Source: Jimgerdemannia flammicorona
Lineage: Eukaryota
Length of the DNA stretch: 33,392 nucleotides
Direction of reading: 5' to 3'
NCBI GenBank assembly: GCA_003990765.1
Contig: RBNJ01000313.1
Coordinates: 1 to 33,392, forward strand
Part shown: positions 11,201 through 24,825 of the stretch, in pieces
Position numbering within the stretch: the stretch's first letter is position 1
Layout of the letters: each line of letters starts with the position of its first letter
The notes under the pieces: generated by a model
Told to the model about the DNA's origin: nothing
The model's input: only the letters and a program-made list of their open reading frames with translations
Database searches by the model: none
Program-made: the position numbers and the translations under genes

Positions 11201-11909
11201 GGAGTATCAGTGGGGTCTTGGCCAGGATCATTGGCCAAGTAGTTGGCAGGCTGTAGAGATTGGCAAGAAGTGGGACTGGATAGGAGTCTGGTCATGGAGT
11301 GCTGAGCTGTAGTAGTGGCTTACTTCTAAGTTCTGGATGGTATGGTGGTGGATGCTGAGGAGGAATATCATGTTGAATTTCCATGCTGGGCATCTGGTAG
11401 AGGGTGGCCATTTAGATTGTGAGAAGTGTTATAATGTAGGGCAAGTTGGGGGATTTGTGCAAACACCTGAACATTGGCTGGGAGAGTGTGAGGTTCTGGG
11501 GGACTTTTGGATAGCAGTAGAGAATCAGCTGAGTGTAGTGAGGAGACCAGATAGAGAGAGAGGTCATTGGGAGGATTTGAAATCTTGGCTAGTGGGGGGG
11601 GTGGGCAGTGGTTGGCTCACTGTAAGGTGGGTATTAGCAGTGTGGGTAGGGCTGGCTGGACATTGGCTCTTTGTTTTTGAGGAGGGGTAACAGATGGGTC
11701 TACAGGAGAAGTTGTTAAGGTGGGAGGGGTTGATGGGGGATCTGCTGACTGGGTGGTGGGTGGGTTGGGGTCCCCAGAGTGGTAAATGTCATTGTCTGGT
11801 GGAAGGAATCTGTGAACAGAGTGGTGAGTAGGTGGAGATAGTGTTAGACAAAGTGATCTTTCATCAAGTAGGAATAGGAGAGGGGGGCCCCCCTAGGGGG
11901 ATTGGATAG
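8250..11909 (+). pseudogene. LINE-a ORF2: APE endonuclease, reverse transcriptase, C-terminal Cys/His motif
   Basis: SLNIN, LLQD, GGDFN, RIDW, SNH; APGEDG, NWRPIMLL, LDQEKAYD, GVPQGDPLS, AFVDD; CEKC...EHWLGEC; ends PRGIG*. Confidence 0.93.
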
Positions 11910-11974
11910 GGTTGGGCATTGTGTAATATTTAGATGATAGACAGTGTTTTAATAAAGGGAGAAGTCCAAGTGAC

Positions 11975-12011
<37 letters not shown>

Positions 12012-12014
<3 letters not shown>

Positions 12015-12922
12015 GCAAATCTGATGATAGTGAAGATGATATACTCCTCCTTTATCTATTAACTCTATACCCAGTATATAAGACAGATGATACTATCCTT
12101 TGAGATGATAACATGGTCCTAATATATTATTATCTGAGTAAACAGAGAGAAGTAATCCAAGAACTACTCTTCTTAGATGATTACTTCATCAGAGATAATA
12201 TCTTTGATGGTAATGTCTCAAAGACTACCCAGTTAGTATCTAAATCTATAGATAGCTTAGCAGTCATTAGTATAGTTAGATTAGTCTTATATGATATGAC
12301 TATATACTGATATAGCAGTCAGATGATCTCTTGACATATCAGTTCACTCTTGTACTATATGACTGTATTCTGACTCAGCAAGGTACTAAGTGCTATACTC
12401 ATATTTAGTATAGTCCAGATAGTCTCCCATTAGTATAAATACCCCCTCTCTCAGACCTCAGAAACTCAGACTTGAATAGATTCAAACACAACTCCTAAAT
12501 ACTTCTCCACAATATCCCTTTATACAACTACTCCTAGTATAGCAATATTATGAATAGTAAATAAACCTATTTAATAATCAACAAATTACTCTTAAGTAAA
12601 TCTATACCCCAATAGGTCTTACTCCTAATCATATTATAAAATTTTCTAATTGAGTATTATCTGCAGCAATATGTCAATTTAACTAAGCTGGTCTTAGTTT
12701 CTTGAACTTTCTGAAATATAGAAAATCCTGAACATCTAGAACTAGTATATAAAAGGACTTTGGTTAAGACATTAACTTGATCTTGAAATCAATAAGTATA
12801 GAGGACATACTCTATATGAAATTAATCTTGACCTTAAGAAAACAGTTTTCCAGAATATCCAGAACTTCCAGAAAATCCTTTTAGAACTATGTAATAATAC
12901 TTTAATAAGTAATCCTCTTATA
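12012..12922 (+). repeat. B 5' LTR, right segment
   Basis: 12012-12300 matches ~26407-26699; TATAAAT at 12434, AATAAA at 12560; ends CTTATA, the inverted repeat of the 3' LTR start TATAAG. Confidence 0.8.
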
Positions 12923-12925
12923 ACT

Positions 12926-12939
12926 TAGTAGCAGTAGTT
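12926..12939 (+). other. B primer-binding site (decayed TGGTAGCAG..., initiator-Met-tRNA type)
   Basis: TAGTAGCAGTAGTT lies 3 bp after the LTR end; the tRNA identity is inference. Confidence 0.65.
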
Positions 12940-12989
12940 TATAATCCAATTCCACTTTAAGACACTTTCTTACTCCACTACAAACCTCT

Positions 12990-14870
12990 ATGAGAATTTC
13001 TACAAGTTGGTATATAGCCCAACCTCTGAACTGGAATTTATCCTGAACCATTTGACAATCTAGAGAGAATTGAACCTGATATATAAGGACAATTTGACCT
13101 CCACACCTACAACAAGTGGAACAGACTTTATCTACAAAAAGAAGTACTCCTATTAAATCAGCAGATAGGCAAAACTCTATATATTGAACTCCTTGCTCTA
13201 CACCCCACAAGTCAAGATGAAAAGGATCTTATAGAAGTCTTCTTTACTCTTTTCAATAAGAGTTTTATAAGCTCAACAAACCTAAGTGATCTAGGATAAC
13301 CAGCAGCTGTCTTGCTAGTCTTAGTTCCTCATAAAGCCCAAGCCTCTATAGCCAAGTGGCTCAACTCTACCAACTTTCACCATACCAGGACCAAGACCAC
13401 CTTATACTACTGCTTCCAAATTGTAAGGCCCACTATATTATTAAAGAAGAAGTAAGAGAAACCCTTCATCAATAACCTGTCTCTGAACCAGAAGCAGGCC
13501 CAGCTATAGCCCTACCTGAAACCAAAACCAATACTGAACCAGAACTAGCTTTTAAATTAAGCTCATCTGAAATCTGATATATAACCAATACTATCTACTT
13601 CAATACTGAGTAAATCCAATTACACAGAGACCAAAGTAAAGAGAAGAAGGAGTATCTCAGAGAATTCAATCCCAGATATACTATTGAAGAAGATATACCT
13701 CTCTCAGGACAAAACACACTTACAGGACAACAGATAGTTATCTATTAAGCCCTTACACCAGATCTACAACAATTACTCCAGTAACTTATATAGACTCAAA
13801 GAATACTATCACATTCTGCACCAGTATCTCAAGTTATATCAGTAACACTACTCTTAATAGTACAACTGTCTCCAGTAAACAATATGGCAAACCAACAGAT
13901 TCTTGACCTCATAGCTCAGGTAGTCATAATGGTAGCAACCATTACTGCCTTAGCTAAACTGGCCTGACCAACAAAAAGTCTGAGTCTACCTACCTTCAAT
14001 GGTACTATACAGAAAGTCCAAAGCTTTATCAGTATAGTTGATAGGCTATAGTAGTAGCAAAGAGTTGTTTCAGAGTGTGGTCTTGATTGTTTGTCAGAAG
14101 GCAGTCAGTGACTTGTTCATTGGTCCATTGATTAGCTTTGAAGTTGGTAATGTCCATTAAGTTGTTACATTCTTCTGAGAACCTACCAAAGAATAGTGGT
14201 AAACCCTTTCTGAAAAACTCCTCACATGGAACACCCAATCTATAGTTATTGTCCAAAATATAACAAATAATACCCCAGGATATAGAGACCATTCTATAGC
14301 CCCTGGACTCAAATAACTCATAATTGCTCAATACTACAGTAAAACTCTGATTGCAGAATCTCAAGTAAAACTCTGCAATCTCAAATTTGATATACATAAC
14401 AAGGAGAAATTTAAAACCTTCTATACAAAACTCAAGTTACTCCTAAATATCATTGGTCTAGAATATATTGCCAATGATGAAGTACAAAATGATATAAGAG
14501 CAGACTATTTATTTGATATACTACCTGAATGGCTTATAAGAAAAATCTAAGAACAAGAATACCCAGTAGATTGTGATTACCAACAATAGTACCTGACAAG
14601 AATCAAGACTATAATTAAGCAAATCCTAACAGCTGGACCAATTCGGCCTCAAAGACAATTCAACAATAAGAAAAAAACTTAGACTAAGAAGAACCTAAAC
14701 ATAAAGCATCTCAAGCTCCCTCCACATCTATCTCTTGGATATTCCAAAATTCTGAACCCACCTAGTCAAGTATCTTTAAGAAACTTACCAAAGGAGAAAG
14801 AAATGAACTCTGAAGTAGAGCATGCTTTAATTGCTAAAAGACAGGACACATGACCAGTGCCTGCCCCAAC
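12990..14870 (+). pseudogene. B gag with CCHC zinc knuckle (start approximate)
   Basis: LPTFNGT...SFISIVD capsid-type motif near 13990-14040; CFNC*KTGHMTSAC at 14823-14864. Confidence 0.75.
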
Positions 14871-14939
14871 TAAAAACTCTGAATAGCAACATAAGCAACT
14901 GTGACTATACTGTATTACCTCAATAATCTGACTACCAAA

Positions 14940-15353
14940 ATACTGAACTTTGTCAAGTTAAGGCCAACTGCCAAGGCCCCAATCAAAGGAAGTCAAAAAG
15001 CAGCTGGATATGATTTATATATAGCCAAAGAAGCTACAGTTTCCAACTAAGAAGTCAAGCAAGTCTATATAAAGATTAGTATTCAAATTCTCAAAGAATA
15101 TGTTGGAAGAATATGCTGCTGTAGCAGCCTAGCATTGAAAGGACTCTCAGTAGAAAGAGGTGTCATTGATGAAGATTATACAAGCAAAATTATTGTCCAC
15201 ATTCAAAACCATAGTTGGATACTATTCAAGATCCCTATTAGTTTTTGTATCACTCCAATCCTATTCAAGAAAATTGAATCAACTCTGACAGTCAAAGAAG
15301 TCCCTAAACTATTGCCTACTATCTGAGGATCCAAAGAATTTAGCTCATCAAAC
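14940..15353 (+). pseudogene. dut: B dUTPase domain (between NC and protease)
   Basis: AAGYDL, GRICCCSSLA, GVIDEDY and *GSKEFSSS correspond to decayed trimeric dUTPase motifs 1, 2, 3 and 5; same frame as the knuckle and PR. Confidence 0.9.
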
Positions 15354-15566
15354 AAGGCCCCAGCCCAACCTATTACAAATAAGGAAGAATAATTCTATAA
15401 GAAAATTGAAGATAGATTTATACCAAGTGGCTGATACCTCAATAGTATTGGAATATACTCTTTCCAAATGATTGATGATTGCTTCTTTTGTGTCAATAAA
15501 CTGGCCCAAAGAAGAACTAGTAGAAGGAAAGCTCTTATAATCGAAATCACCACCATTGGATCAGAC

Positions 15567-15890
15567 AAACTGCTTACACTCCAAGCTTTTGTCAACTGAG
15601 CACCTGTTAAGATTATGATAGACAGCAGTACCTCAGGCAACTTTATCAACAAAGAAACAGCCAACAGACTCAAGGTCCTGACCTCTTCAGTATAACAGAC
15701 TCAAGCAGTTACTTAGCTAATAGAACCTCCTATGTCATTAGCAAGAAAGTCTGCAACCTACTCTTCTAAATTAGTAACTACTAAGTATATATTACACTTC
15801 AGATCATATCACTTCCTGACAATGAAATCATCCTTGGAACTCCATGATTGAAATAAGAGAACCCTATGATTGATTGGGTAAACCACTCTC
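15567..15890 (+). pseudogene. B aspartic protease
   Basis: IMIDSSTSGNFI (catalytic D at 15621) and IILGTP*L...NPMIDW. Confidence 0.88.
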
Positions 15891-16266
15891 TGACCATCAA
15901 GAAGAGACAACACAATTTCAAACTACAAGGTGAAAAAGACCTGCTCAGTTCTAGTAATTCTGGTCTAAAGATCACTCACATCAACAAGCTACAACTCAAG
16001 AAATTGACCAAGAAATGCCCTCTCTTTACTATCTGTATCTGTCCATCCAAAGGAGAATCTGAAAACCTCAAAGAAGACTTTTCCAAAGTTGACAGCTATA
16101 TCAGACCTATACTACAGAAATACCAAGACATATTTCTGAAAAAACTCCCAAAAGACCTACCACCTAAATGAGCAGTAGACCATGTATCTTTCTCCAGTAA
16201 CATTCAGATTACACAACCTTCTGACAATACTCACAATACAGTTTTTGGAGAAATGATATTAGTAAT

Positions 16267-18272
16267 ATGGCAAGTAATGAGAATTCTGAGGTATATACTG
16301 AGCAGAGGGGCCTAACTGACAATATGTGGAGAGGGGCCCAGGCTTGGGGGAAGTATGAGAGACTTGCTAATGGGAGGACATAGAAGGGGAGAGAGTAGTA
16401 TTGGAGGACAGAGGATCAGGAGAGTGAGCTTTATAGATAAGATAAAGAGAAGACAGCCAGTAACTAGACTAAAGAGCTGGTTGAGGAGAGGCAAGGAGAT
16501 GGCAAAGAATGTGGGGCAGTAGCTGCAGGGGAGAGTCTCTCTGGAGGGCCAGAGTAGTGGAGCTGGCAGTATAATAGCTGAGGGGGTGACTGCTAATGGG
16601 AGTATGATGCGCAATCTGGAAAAAAATCTAGATAGGACTGCTGATAGTAGACTGAGTTATGGGATGGGCATGAGGCCTAGTGACCTGGCTAATAGTATAA
16701 TGGGCCTGGTGGTGGCCTCATTACTCAAGAAGTCAATCTTGGAGTTTGCAGTTATCTTGTACTTCTGGGGCTTGCCAGTAATAGCAAAAATAGTCCTGGG
16801 GCTGATTATGAAGCAGATGGATAGTGCAGTATCTATTAAGTTTCTGAGGGGTCTGAAAGGGGTGGAGGTGGGCTTTGAGGAGGCTGGGCCATTGGAGGAT
16901 ATGCTGAAGGCTGGGTTGATGGTTAGGGAGGTATGTGTCCTGATGGTATACTGCTTGAGGTGAGATCCCAGCATAGTGTAGCTCATAGTGAAAGGAGTTT
17001 CTATAGTGACTGCTGTGAAGATGAGGAGGAGAGTTGAGGAAGTTATAGTTGAGTATGGGGAGGTAGTCAATGTAGGGTTCAGGGTGTGGGAAGGGACCTC
17101 TTTCTGAACAAGAGATATTAATGTTCAGATTCAGTTGACAGGGGAGAGAGGCTATAGAGAAGGCTTATAATTGGCCCTTAGTGATAGTATGGGGAGCCTT
17201 CATGTGCAAGGTAATAAGGGTGAAGGGGAGTGAGGAGGAGAAAGAGGATCTATTAGAGGTACTGGAGGAGCTGAGTAGTATAGTGGAGCAGAGGGTGAAG
17301 GCTTGGAAGATATATGTAGAGTTAATATACTTGGAGATTGTAGATGAGAAGTACATCTGCATTGATAAGGGGCTGTGGGAGAGGTCTCAAGGATTCAATA
17401 GGCAGAGAGAGTTGCTGATGAAACTAGAGGAAGAGGCAAAGAGGGCTACTAGTGGTAGTGAGGATACTGGAGGAGCCAAAGTGAGTGTCTGGACTAGCAG
17501 AAGTGGAGAGAATGTGGAGGTTGGTCCAGAGGAGGCCAGGAAGGCACCAAGCAATGACCCATATAAGGATAGTATATTTGAGGTCTGGGAGGATACTTCT
17601 TCTTCTCTTATCAGGTAAGGACCAGGTGTGAGAAGCTGGGTGGCAGAGGATGTACCAATGTGTAGTACCCAGTGAGTGTACTTTGGAGTTCCTGAGGTGG
17701 AGAAGGGGAGATAGGTGGTGGTAGCTAGAGAGGATAAACTGGTGGATATCCTAGAGGAGGAGTGAGATGAGACTATAAGTGCAAGAGCAGATACCTCAAT
17801 GCTGAGTAAAGGAAGGCCAGTAACTCTAGGGAGAAAGGAGGTGGGAAATCTACTATAGATATACTGGATGATGAATAACTTTACAGCTGAAGAGTTGGGA
17901 GAAGTGGACCTGAGAGTGATAAGTGATGAGCATTAGGCATGAATTCTGTATAGTGACAGAGTGGTAGAGGTGCTAAAGGCAGAGATACTTGCAGTTTACC
18001 TGGAGGAGGAAGGATATGAGATTTATAAGGAGAGGGAGGCCAAGCTGGCAGTTGCTGCTGGTGAGTGGGCTGTCTTCTGTTGGGCAGAGCATTATGGATT
18101 GCAGTTCTAGCAGGAGGTCTGTCTGAAGTATTGTGAGGATTTTGAGGAAAAAGAGGATGGGGAACTAACTGAACTTCTGATCAGATTGGAGGCAAGGAGA
18201 GTTGAAGAGGAGGAGGTGGCCATAGAACACAACTTGGACTTGGCACAAGAAGGAATAGATGTAGAGTTATAG
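16267..18272 (+). pseudogene. LINE-b ORF1
   Basis: Shares LLKKSILEF, GVEVGFEEAGPL and KGSEEEKEDLLE with LINE-a ORF1. Confidence 0.75.
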
Positions 18273-18304
18273 AGAGCAAGCATGACTTTTAAATATTATT
18301 TCTT

Positions 18305-21300
18305 ATAAATAGTACAACAAATATTTTTTCTTTGAATGTGAATGGGTTGAGGAGTTCAGTTATATGTCAGAACATTTTTACTTAGTTGAAGATCCTGGAG
18401 GCTGATCTCTTTCTTCTGCAGGATGTTAGATGTGAAGATGACTTAGATAGACTGAAATGGACAATGGAATGGAGAGGTGTGGTAGTTTGGAAGGATAAGG
18501 TTGGGATCCTGATATGGAGAGACAGAGGGGAGATATAAGATATAAGGAGCTGGGGGGGACAGGCTGGTCTGGGGAGAGTGGATTCGACCAGGTTGGGAGC
18601 TGGTTATAGTGGGGTCCTACTACTGCCCTGCTATATTTAGAGAGAGAGTAGATTGGGTAAAGGGACTCCTGGAGAGTGAGACCCTTGCAGAGACTGGAGT
18701 GGACATTCTTGGAGAAAATTTTAATATGATCTGAGAGGCTTTGGTAGATAGGACTGATGGAGGGTAGGAGACTGAGGGCAGGAGTGGAAGGTTGGAGATA
18801 TGGGAGGAAGTGGAGAGATTGAGTGCTCTGGTGGATACTAATAGGGGGTTCTAGGGTGATCAGAGGATATACACACACTGGACAAATGGTCTGAGTACAA
18901 GGATTGACTGGATGCTAATGGCAGAATGCTGGGGCTTGGATGTTTGGAAGTTACTGGAGGCTGAGTGATGTCCATAGTCTGATCACTAGAGACTGTTGAG
19001 ATGGGGATACTTCAGGAGGAGTGAGGATGGGTCTGGACATTAGTGCCTCAATTCTTCTTTGTTGGCTGAGAAGGAGTTGTGGGACAAGTGGGCAGAGGAC
19101 ATTCAGCAGAGAATGGAGGGCTGGGTACAAGAGGGGGCTACAGTTGGTATATGGTGGGTAAGGTTGAAGGAGGCTGCTAGGGTTTACTGGAGTGAAGCTG
19201 GCAAGGAGATATAAAGGTAGAGAAGGAGGAGGGTGACCTGGGCTTCTGCTAGATTGGCTGGGCTTTTGGAAGACTGGGCTGGACTCTTGGCCCTGGAGGG
19301 GAGTGGAGGACAGGAGGGTGATGAGGGTGAGGTTAGAGGTTGCAGAGTTACAACAGGTGTTGAGGGAGGAGGAAGAGATGAGAGTGTGGAGTTTGGCTGC
19401 ATGACTATGCTGGCAGAGGTTGGAGGAGGGGGAGAGGCCCTCTAGGTACCTTTCAAGGACCCTCTAGATAAAGAGTGTGAAGCAGAGATGGGAAGGAGTT
19501 CTTGATTCTGGTGGTCTGTTGGTGTATGGTTCACAAGACATTCTGGGCTCATTGAAGGAGAGGTAGAGTAGTTTGTAGAGTGAGGAGGAGGGTGGGACTG
19601 ATGCTACCACTATAGAATGTACTTTGGAGGAATGGTACTTACTGCAGATTGAGGGGCTGGATTGCTTGGTAGTGCCAGTTCAGAAGGAGAAAAGTTGCCA
19701 GATTCTTGTCATAACTATGCTAGGCACAGTACCAGGAGAGGATGGTCTGCCCTGAGACTTTTAGAAGAAGATGGTGGATGTCCCTGGAGTAATGGGGGAG
19801 TTGATGGCACTTTGTGACTTTGTACTATAGTCTGGAAGGTGAGTGGGGGAGCAGGATCTGGGGCTGGTGGCTCTGCTCTTTAAGGACAAGAGTAGGAGGG
19901 AGGACTGAAGGAACTGGCAGCCCATCATGCTACTGAACATGGACAGGAAGTTGGTCACTAAGGTGGTGGTGGCACAACTGCAGAAAGTGGTCCAGTAAGT
20001 CTTAAGTAAGGAGCAGCAAGGTTTTGTAGGGGGTCAGCTTATTAGAGATGGCATAATCTGGGTATATGGTATTATTGAAGAGACTTGAGTCTATGGACTG
20101 GATGGGAGATTGGTCTTCTTGGATCAGGAGAAAGCATATAACCATGTATGGTGAGTCTGGCTGGCAAAGGTTCTGGACAGAATTGGTATCCCTCAGCAGT
20201 TCTGAGTGATAACAATCAGCCTACTGGAAGGGAGTAGAGCAGTGCTCATGTGCAATAGATATAGAGGGGTGATATTCCCCAGAGGGACCCACTGTCTCCT
20301 ATCTTGTATACTCTGTCCTTAGAGCCATTGATGGATAAGATTAGATGGAGGATTACAGGGCTCACTATATTTGGCATTGTGTGGAAGGTTGGAGCCTTTG
20401 CAGATAATATAGTGGTTGGTCTGAGGTTGATTGCTGATGTCAAGAAACTCCAGAAAACAGTAGAGTGGTATGAGATACTCTCTGGGGCTAAACTTAACTG
20501 GTGCAAGTGTAAAACAATAGTATTAGATAATGGCCTAGTGGGAGGGGATGTCATTGGAACAATTGTCCCTACTAGAGAGGCTGTGAGGTACTTAGATATC
20601 TATCTCTCCATATATGGATCAGTCCTACCATAACCTTGGTAGGAGTGATGAGTGGTCATCTGGGGGAAGGTCCTCTGTAAGGTTGGGGAGGCTGCCACCT
20701 TTCTTTAGCAGGGTGTATTGCAATTTTGAATATCTACTAACTACTGAAGATGTGGTATTTAGTATACCATCTGGAATTTCTGGCCTGGATAGTGAAGAGG
20801 CTATTGAAGCTAACCAAAGATTAGATCTGAGCTAGACAGAGAAGTCAGATTAGCTGGGAAATCTTATCATTGCTAGTGGCTAGAGGAGGCCTTGGGCTGG
20901 TTGACTTTCTGAAGAGGTTGCATTGTCTGAGAGTATAGTGGTTGAGGAGAGCAGTAGAACTGAGGAGTGGTAGCTGGGTTTCTCTGATGAAGAAGATTTG
21001 AAAGATAAGGTGCTCACTGAGAGGAACTATTGGGGATTTACTGTCCTTGGTTGGCCTTCCAAATAGTTGGCATATGAGATTTAAGAGTTTCTGATAGAGA
21101 GTAGTAGATGGAGCTCACCATATTGAAATTCACTGGCAGGAGGACAAAGGAGAGGTGTCTTGGGGCCCACTAATATGGAGATGGGATCAAGTATTGCTAG
21201 GGGATATCCCCCTTATGGACTTTGATATTGGCAATGGAGTAGAGTACAAGAGGGGGATGGGACAGGATATATGGCCTAGCAGCTGGCAGATGGTGGGAAT

Positions 21301-21946
21301 TGGAGAGGAGTAAGACTGGAATGAAGTCTGGGCCTAAATTGTAGAGATAAGGTGATAGTTACCACCCAAGTACTGGGTGGTTTGGTGGTACATACTGTGG
21401 AGGAATATTATGCTCAACTTTCACTCAGGCCACCTTGTGGAGGGGGGGGGACTTTGACTGTAAGAAGTGCTACAATATGGGACAGGAAGGGGGGTTTGTG
21501 CAGATTCCGGAATATTGGCTGGAGGAGTATGTAGTGCTTGGTAATTTCTGATTAGTGGTCAGGAATAGATTAGGTGCTGTGCATAGGGGGGATGGTGAGC
21601 AGGGTCAATGGAATCTGAGGAATAGATTAGTGGGGGGAGTGGAGAAGGAGTGGCTGACTTTGGGTTGGGTATTAGTGATATAGGTGGGACTAGCAGATCA
21701 CTGGCTATTTGTTTTTAAGGAAGAGAAGCATCTGAGTTTAGGAGAGTGATTGGAGAGGTGAGAAGGGTTGATGGAGGACATTTTGACAGGCTGGTGGCTG
21801 AGATGGGGTCTGCAGGGAGATTGGTAATATTATTTGATAGAGAAAATTTGTGAGCAGAGTGAGGGGAAAGTTGGAGTAGTAGGTGGTAAGGTGGTTTTCA
21901 AGTATAAGAATATAGAGGGAGGGGGCTCTCTAGGAGTATTGGGTAG
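18305..21946 (+). pseudogene. LINE-b ORF2 (APE-RT-Cys/His)
   Basis: SLNVNGL, LLQD, RIDW, SDH, NWQPIMLL, LDQEKAY and AFADN; more stops and indels than LINE-a. Confidence 0.9.
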
Positions 21947-22015
21947 TGGGAGGAGTTAATGTAATTTTATGTAATAGATTGGTAATAAAAAAAAAAAAAA
22001 AGTATAATAGACCAT

Positions 22016-24657
22016 ACCATCAAGACCATCCCAGATTCCAAGCCATCCTTCAAGTTAATCTACCACATGTCTTTGAGAGAATTGATGTACTCAAGAAAGA
22101 GATTGATGAACTCCTAGAATAAGGATTCATTAGACCCAGTATATTATTCTATAGAATACTAGTTCTTTTTATTATCAAGAAAGGAGAAGATCTGCAAATA
22201 TATATTTATTATCAAGACCTCAATGAACAGATCATCAAAAACTATTACCCACTACTTCAAATTGATAAAATATTCAATAGGCTTACCAACCCACAATTCA
22301 TAAGCTCTTTTGATCTGCTAGCAAATTGTCATAAAAGAAGAAGATATCTACAAAACTGTCTTCCAAACCTACTATAGATATTTCAAGTTCTTGGTTATGC
22401 CTTTTGGCTTAACTAATGCTCCTACAACCTTTCAGATACTAATGAATACCATCCTATACCTATATCTAGACAAATTTATTGTTATCTATATTAATGACAT
22501 CCTAGTCTTCAGCAAAACTCTGGAGAAACATCTCAAACATCTTGAACTAGTACTACTGAAGCTTTGAGAAAACTGACTCTTTGCAAAACTCAGTAAGTGT
22601 GAATTTCTCCTGAAGGAAATTTAATTCTTTATACACATTGTCACTCCTAATAGAATCAAAGTAGACCCCAGCAAAATCTCTACACTCAATAATTGGCCAA
22701 GACCCAAGAAGCTAAAAGACCTCCAGTCATTCCTGGGACTAGTAAACTATTACTGATAATTTATTGCAAACTTCACCAAGATTGCTATCACCCTCACTTA
22801 AATAACCAAATACAGTAAAAAAGAAGAACAGCCTTAGACTGCAAAGCAAGAAAAAAACTTCAACAATCTTGTAAATTAGAGACCTGAATAAGATATAGCC
22901 TTTCAAGCTCTAAAGAATGTCTTGATAACCACTCCAGTACTTCAAGCAGCAAACTCTGCTCTACTATATGAAGTTACTACTAATACCTCTGACCTAGCTC
23001 TTGGAGCAGTACTTATGCAAAAAGGACACCCTGTGGCCTATCATTCTTACAAGTTCAATAATACCAAAATAAACTATATAACTTACAAGAGAAATGTTAG
23101 CCATTGTAGACACCCTGATCAAATGGTAACCATATCTTGAAGGAGTACACTTTACTATTTTAACAGATCATAAATTATTAGTCAATATCAAGACCTAGGC
23201 TACCCTTTCCCAAAAGTAAGTCAGATGGATGAAAGTTCTCACCAACTTTGACTATGAAATCCAGTATCACCCTGGTAAGGAGAATATTATTACTGATATA
23301 ATTTTCAGACCACTAATTGAAAAGTTATCCAAACTCTCACATTGGTTACCAACTCTATTATGGAGTAAATTATTACAGTATATGCTAATGATAAAGAAGC
23401 TCAAGTACTCTGCAAAATCCTAAGCAGTGATAATATTGACCAGTACACTCAGTATCATTAATGCTAATTGAAGGACAATGCTATCTACTATAAGGACAGA
23501 TTGTATATTCCAAACAATTGAGACCTCTGAAGGACTATCTTATTCAAATGTCCTGATACCCCTATAGCTAGATATTTAGAATTTGACAAATGCTATGAAG
23601 TTATTTTCTGAAACTTCTATTGGCCCCACATAGTAGATCAGTTAAAGATCTACATCACTTCCTGTGATATCTGTTAATACAATAAGTTCTCAACACTAGC
23701 AAAACCTGACCTACTCTACCCTATCTCAGTACCATCTGCTAATTGGAAACAAATCTCTATGGACTTCATTATACAACTACTCCAAACCAAGAATGGAAAA
23801 GATATAATTGTTGTTTTTATAGACTATCTCAGCAAATAAGCCCACTTCATACCTACTGCTACAACTGCAATAGTATCTGAAATTACTATACTCTTATTTA
23901 ACAACATCTTCTACTATTATGGTCTTCCTAAGATCATTATTAGTGACTGAGATCTGAAGTTTACCAGCTACTTTTGGAAAGCTCTCCATACTTACCTTGG
24001 AACACAACTTGCACTATCTACAGCCTGTCACTCTAAAACTAATAGTCAAACTAAAAGAATAAACTGAACTCTAGAACAAATACTAAGAAACTATATTTTC
24101 TATAGATAAAATAATTGATATAAACACCTTACTGTAGTTGAGTTTGCCTATAAAAACAGCAAGCAAGCCTCTCTTAAAATGAATCTATTTTTCACCAATA
24201 CTAGACAAAATTCAAACACCCCTCTGACACTTATCTGAACTACTGATGAACTCTCTACTATCAAAGCTATCAAAGAATTCTTACTCTGAATGTACAACTT
24301 AAGTCAGATTACAATTGAGAATTTATCTCAAGCTCAAGAACAGTAGTTACAGTATGTCAACCAGTACTACTGAGAAGAAACATTCAACATTGGAGAAAAA
24401 GTTCTATTAGATATTTAAGAATACTAAGTTGATAATCTCAAGCACAGACTATCTATAAACTGAACAGCAAATTCATTGAACCATCCAAAGTCATCACACA
24501 AGTCTCTCTAACTTTCTACAAATTGGTACTACCAGATACCATTAAGATTCACCCAGTCTTCAATGTTTAATATCTCAAGCAATATAATGAAAATAATAAC
24601 AAGCTATTTCCAAACTAAACTGCAAACCTACTTGTACCTGTCATTATTAATGACTAA
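22016..24657 (+). pseudogene. B pol: RT, RNase H, integrase
   Basis: GFIRPS, YPLLQID, MPFGLTNAP, YIND (22487; decayed YIDD), TNTSD (decayed TDAS), TDH, ISMDFI, SD*DLKFTS, IHPVFNV. Confidence 0.92.
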
Positions 24658-24825
24658 GAAGAATATAAAGTTAAACAAATCTTCAACAAATGTAGTCACA
24701 AGAACCATCCAGAATACCTTGTCAAATGGAAAGGTTATCTAATCCATAATGTAATATGGGAACTCAAGACTAATCTCCAGAATACTACTAACTTAGTTCA
24801 AGAATATAATTCTTTGAACAACTAA
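24658..24825 (+). pseudogene. B integrase C-terminal chromodomain
   Basis: EEYKVKQIF...EYLVKWKGY...WELKTNL...LVQEY. Confidence 0.92.

Larger units (their letters stand above)
6105..12011 (+). mobile_element. Full-length non-LTR retrotransposon LINE-a (L1/Tx1-like)
   Basis: Short 5' UTR, ORF1, ORF2 (APE-RT-CCHC), AATAAA at 11951, A-tail from 11979, 14-bp TSD. Confidence 0.95.
5230..12243 (+). pseudogene. LTR(U3)-encoded ORF of family B, 5' LTR copy (5230-6104 + 12026-12243, split by LINE-a)
   Basis: Frame reconstructable with the 3' LTR copy; several stops are TGA in one copy and TAA/CAA in the other, implying ancestral CGA. Confidence 0.65.
16184..22008 (+). mobile_element. Full-length LINE-b, a diverged relative of LINE-a
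   Basis: TSD AGACCAT (16177-16183 / 22009-22015); 15-A tail at 21987-22001; B pol rejoins across it as LPPK*AVDH|TIKTIPDSKP. Confidence 0.93.

Noticed and set aside
6142..11231. Many minus-strand Pro/Ser/Leu-rich ORFs over the LINEs, and antisense ORFs over A
   Set aside because: Shadows of compositionally biased coding strands.
14029..14397. 122-aa minus-strand ORF as a gene
   Set aside because: Explained by the gag micro-inversion plus chance antisense openness.
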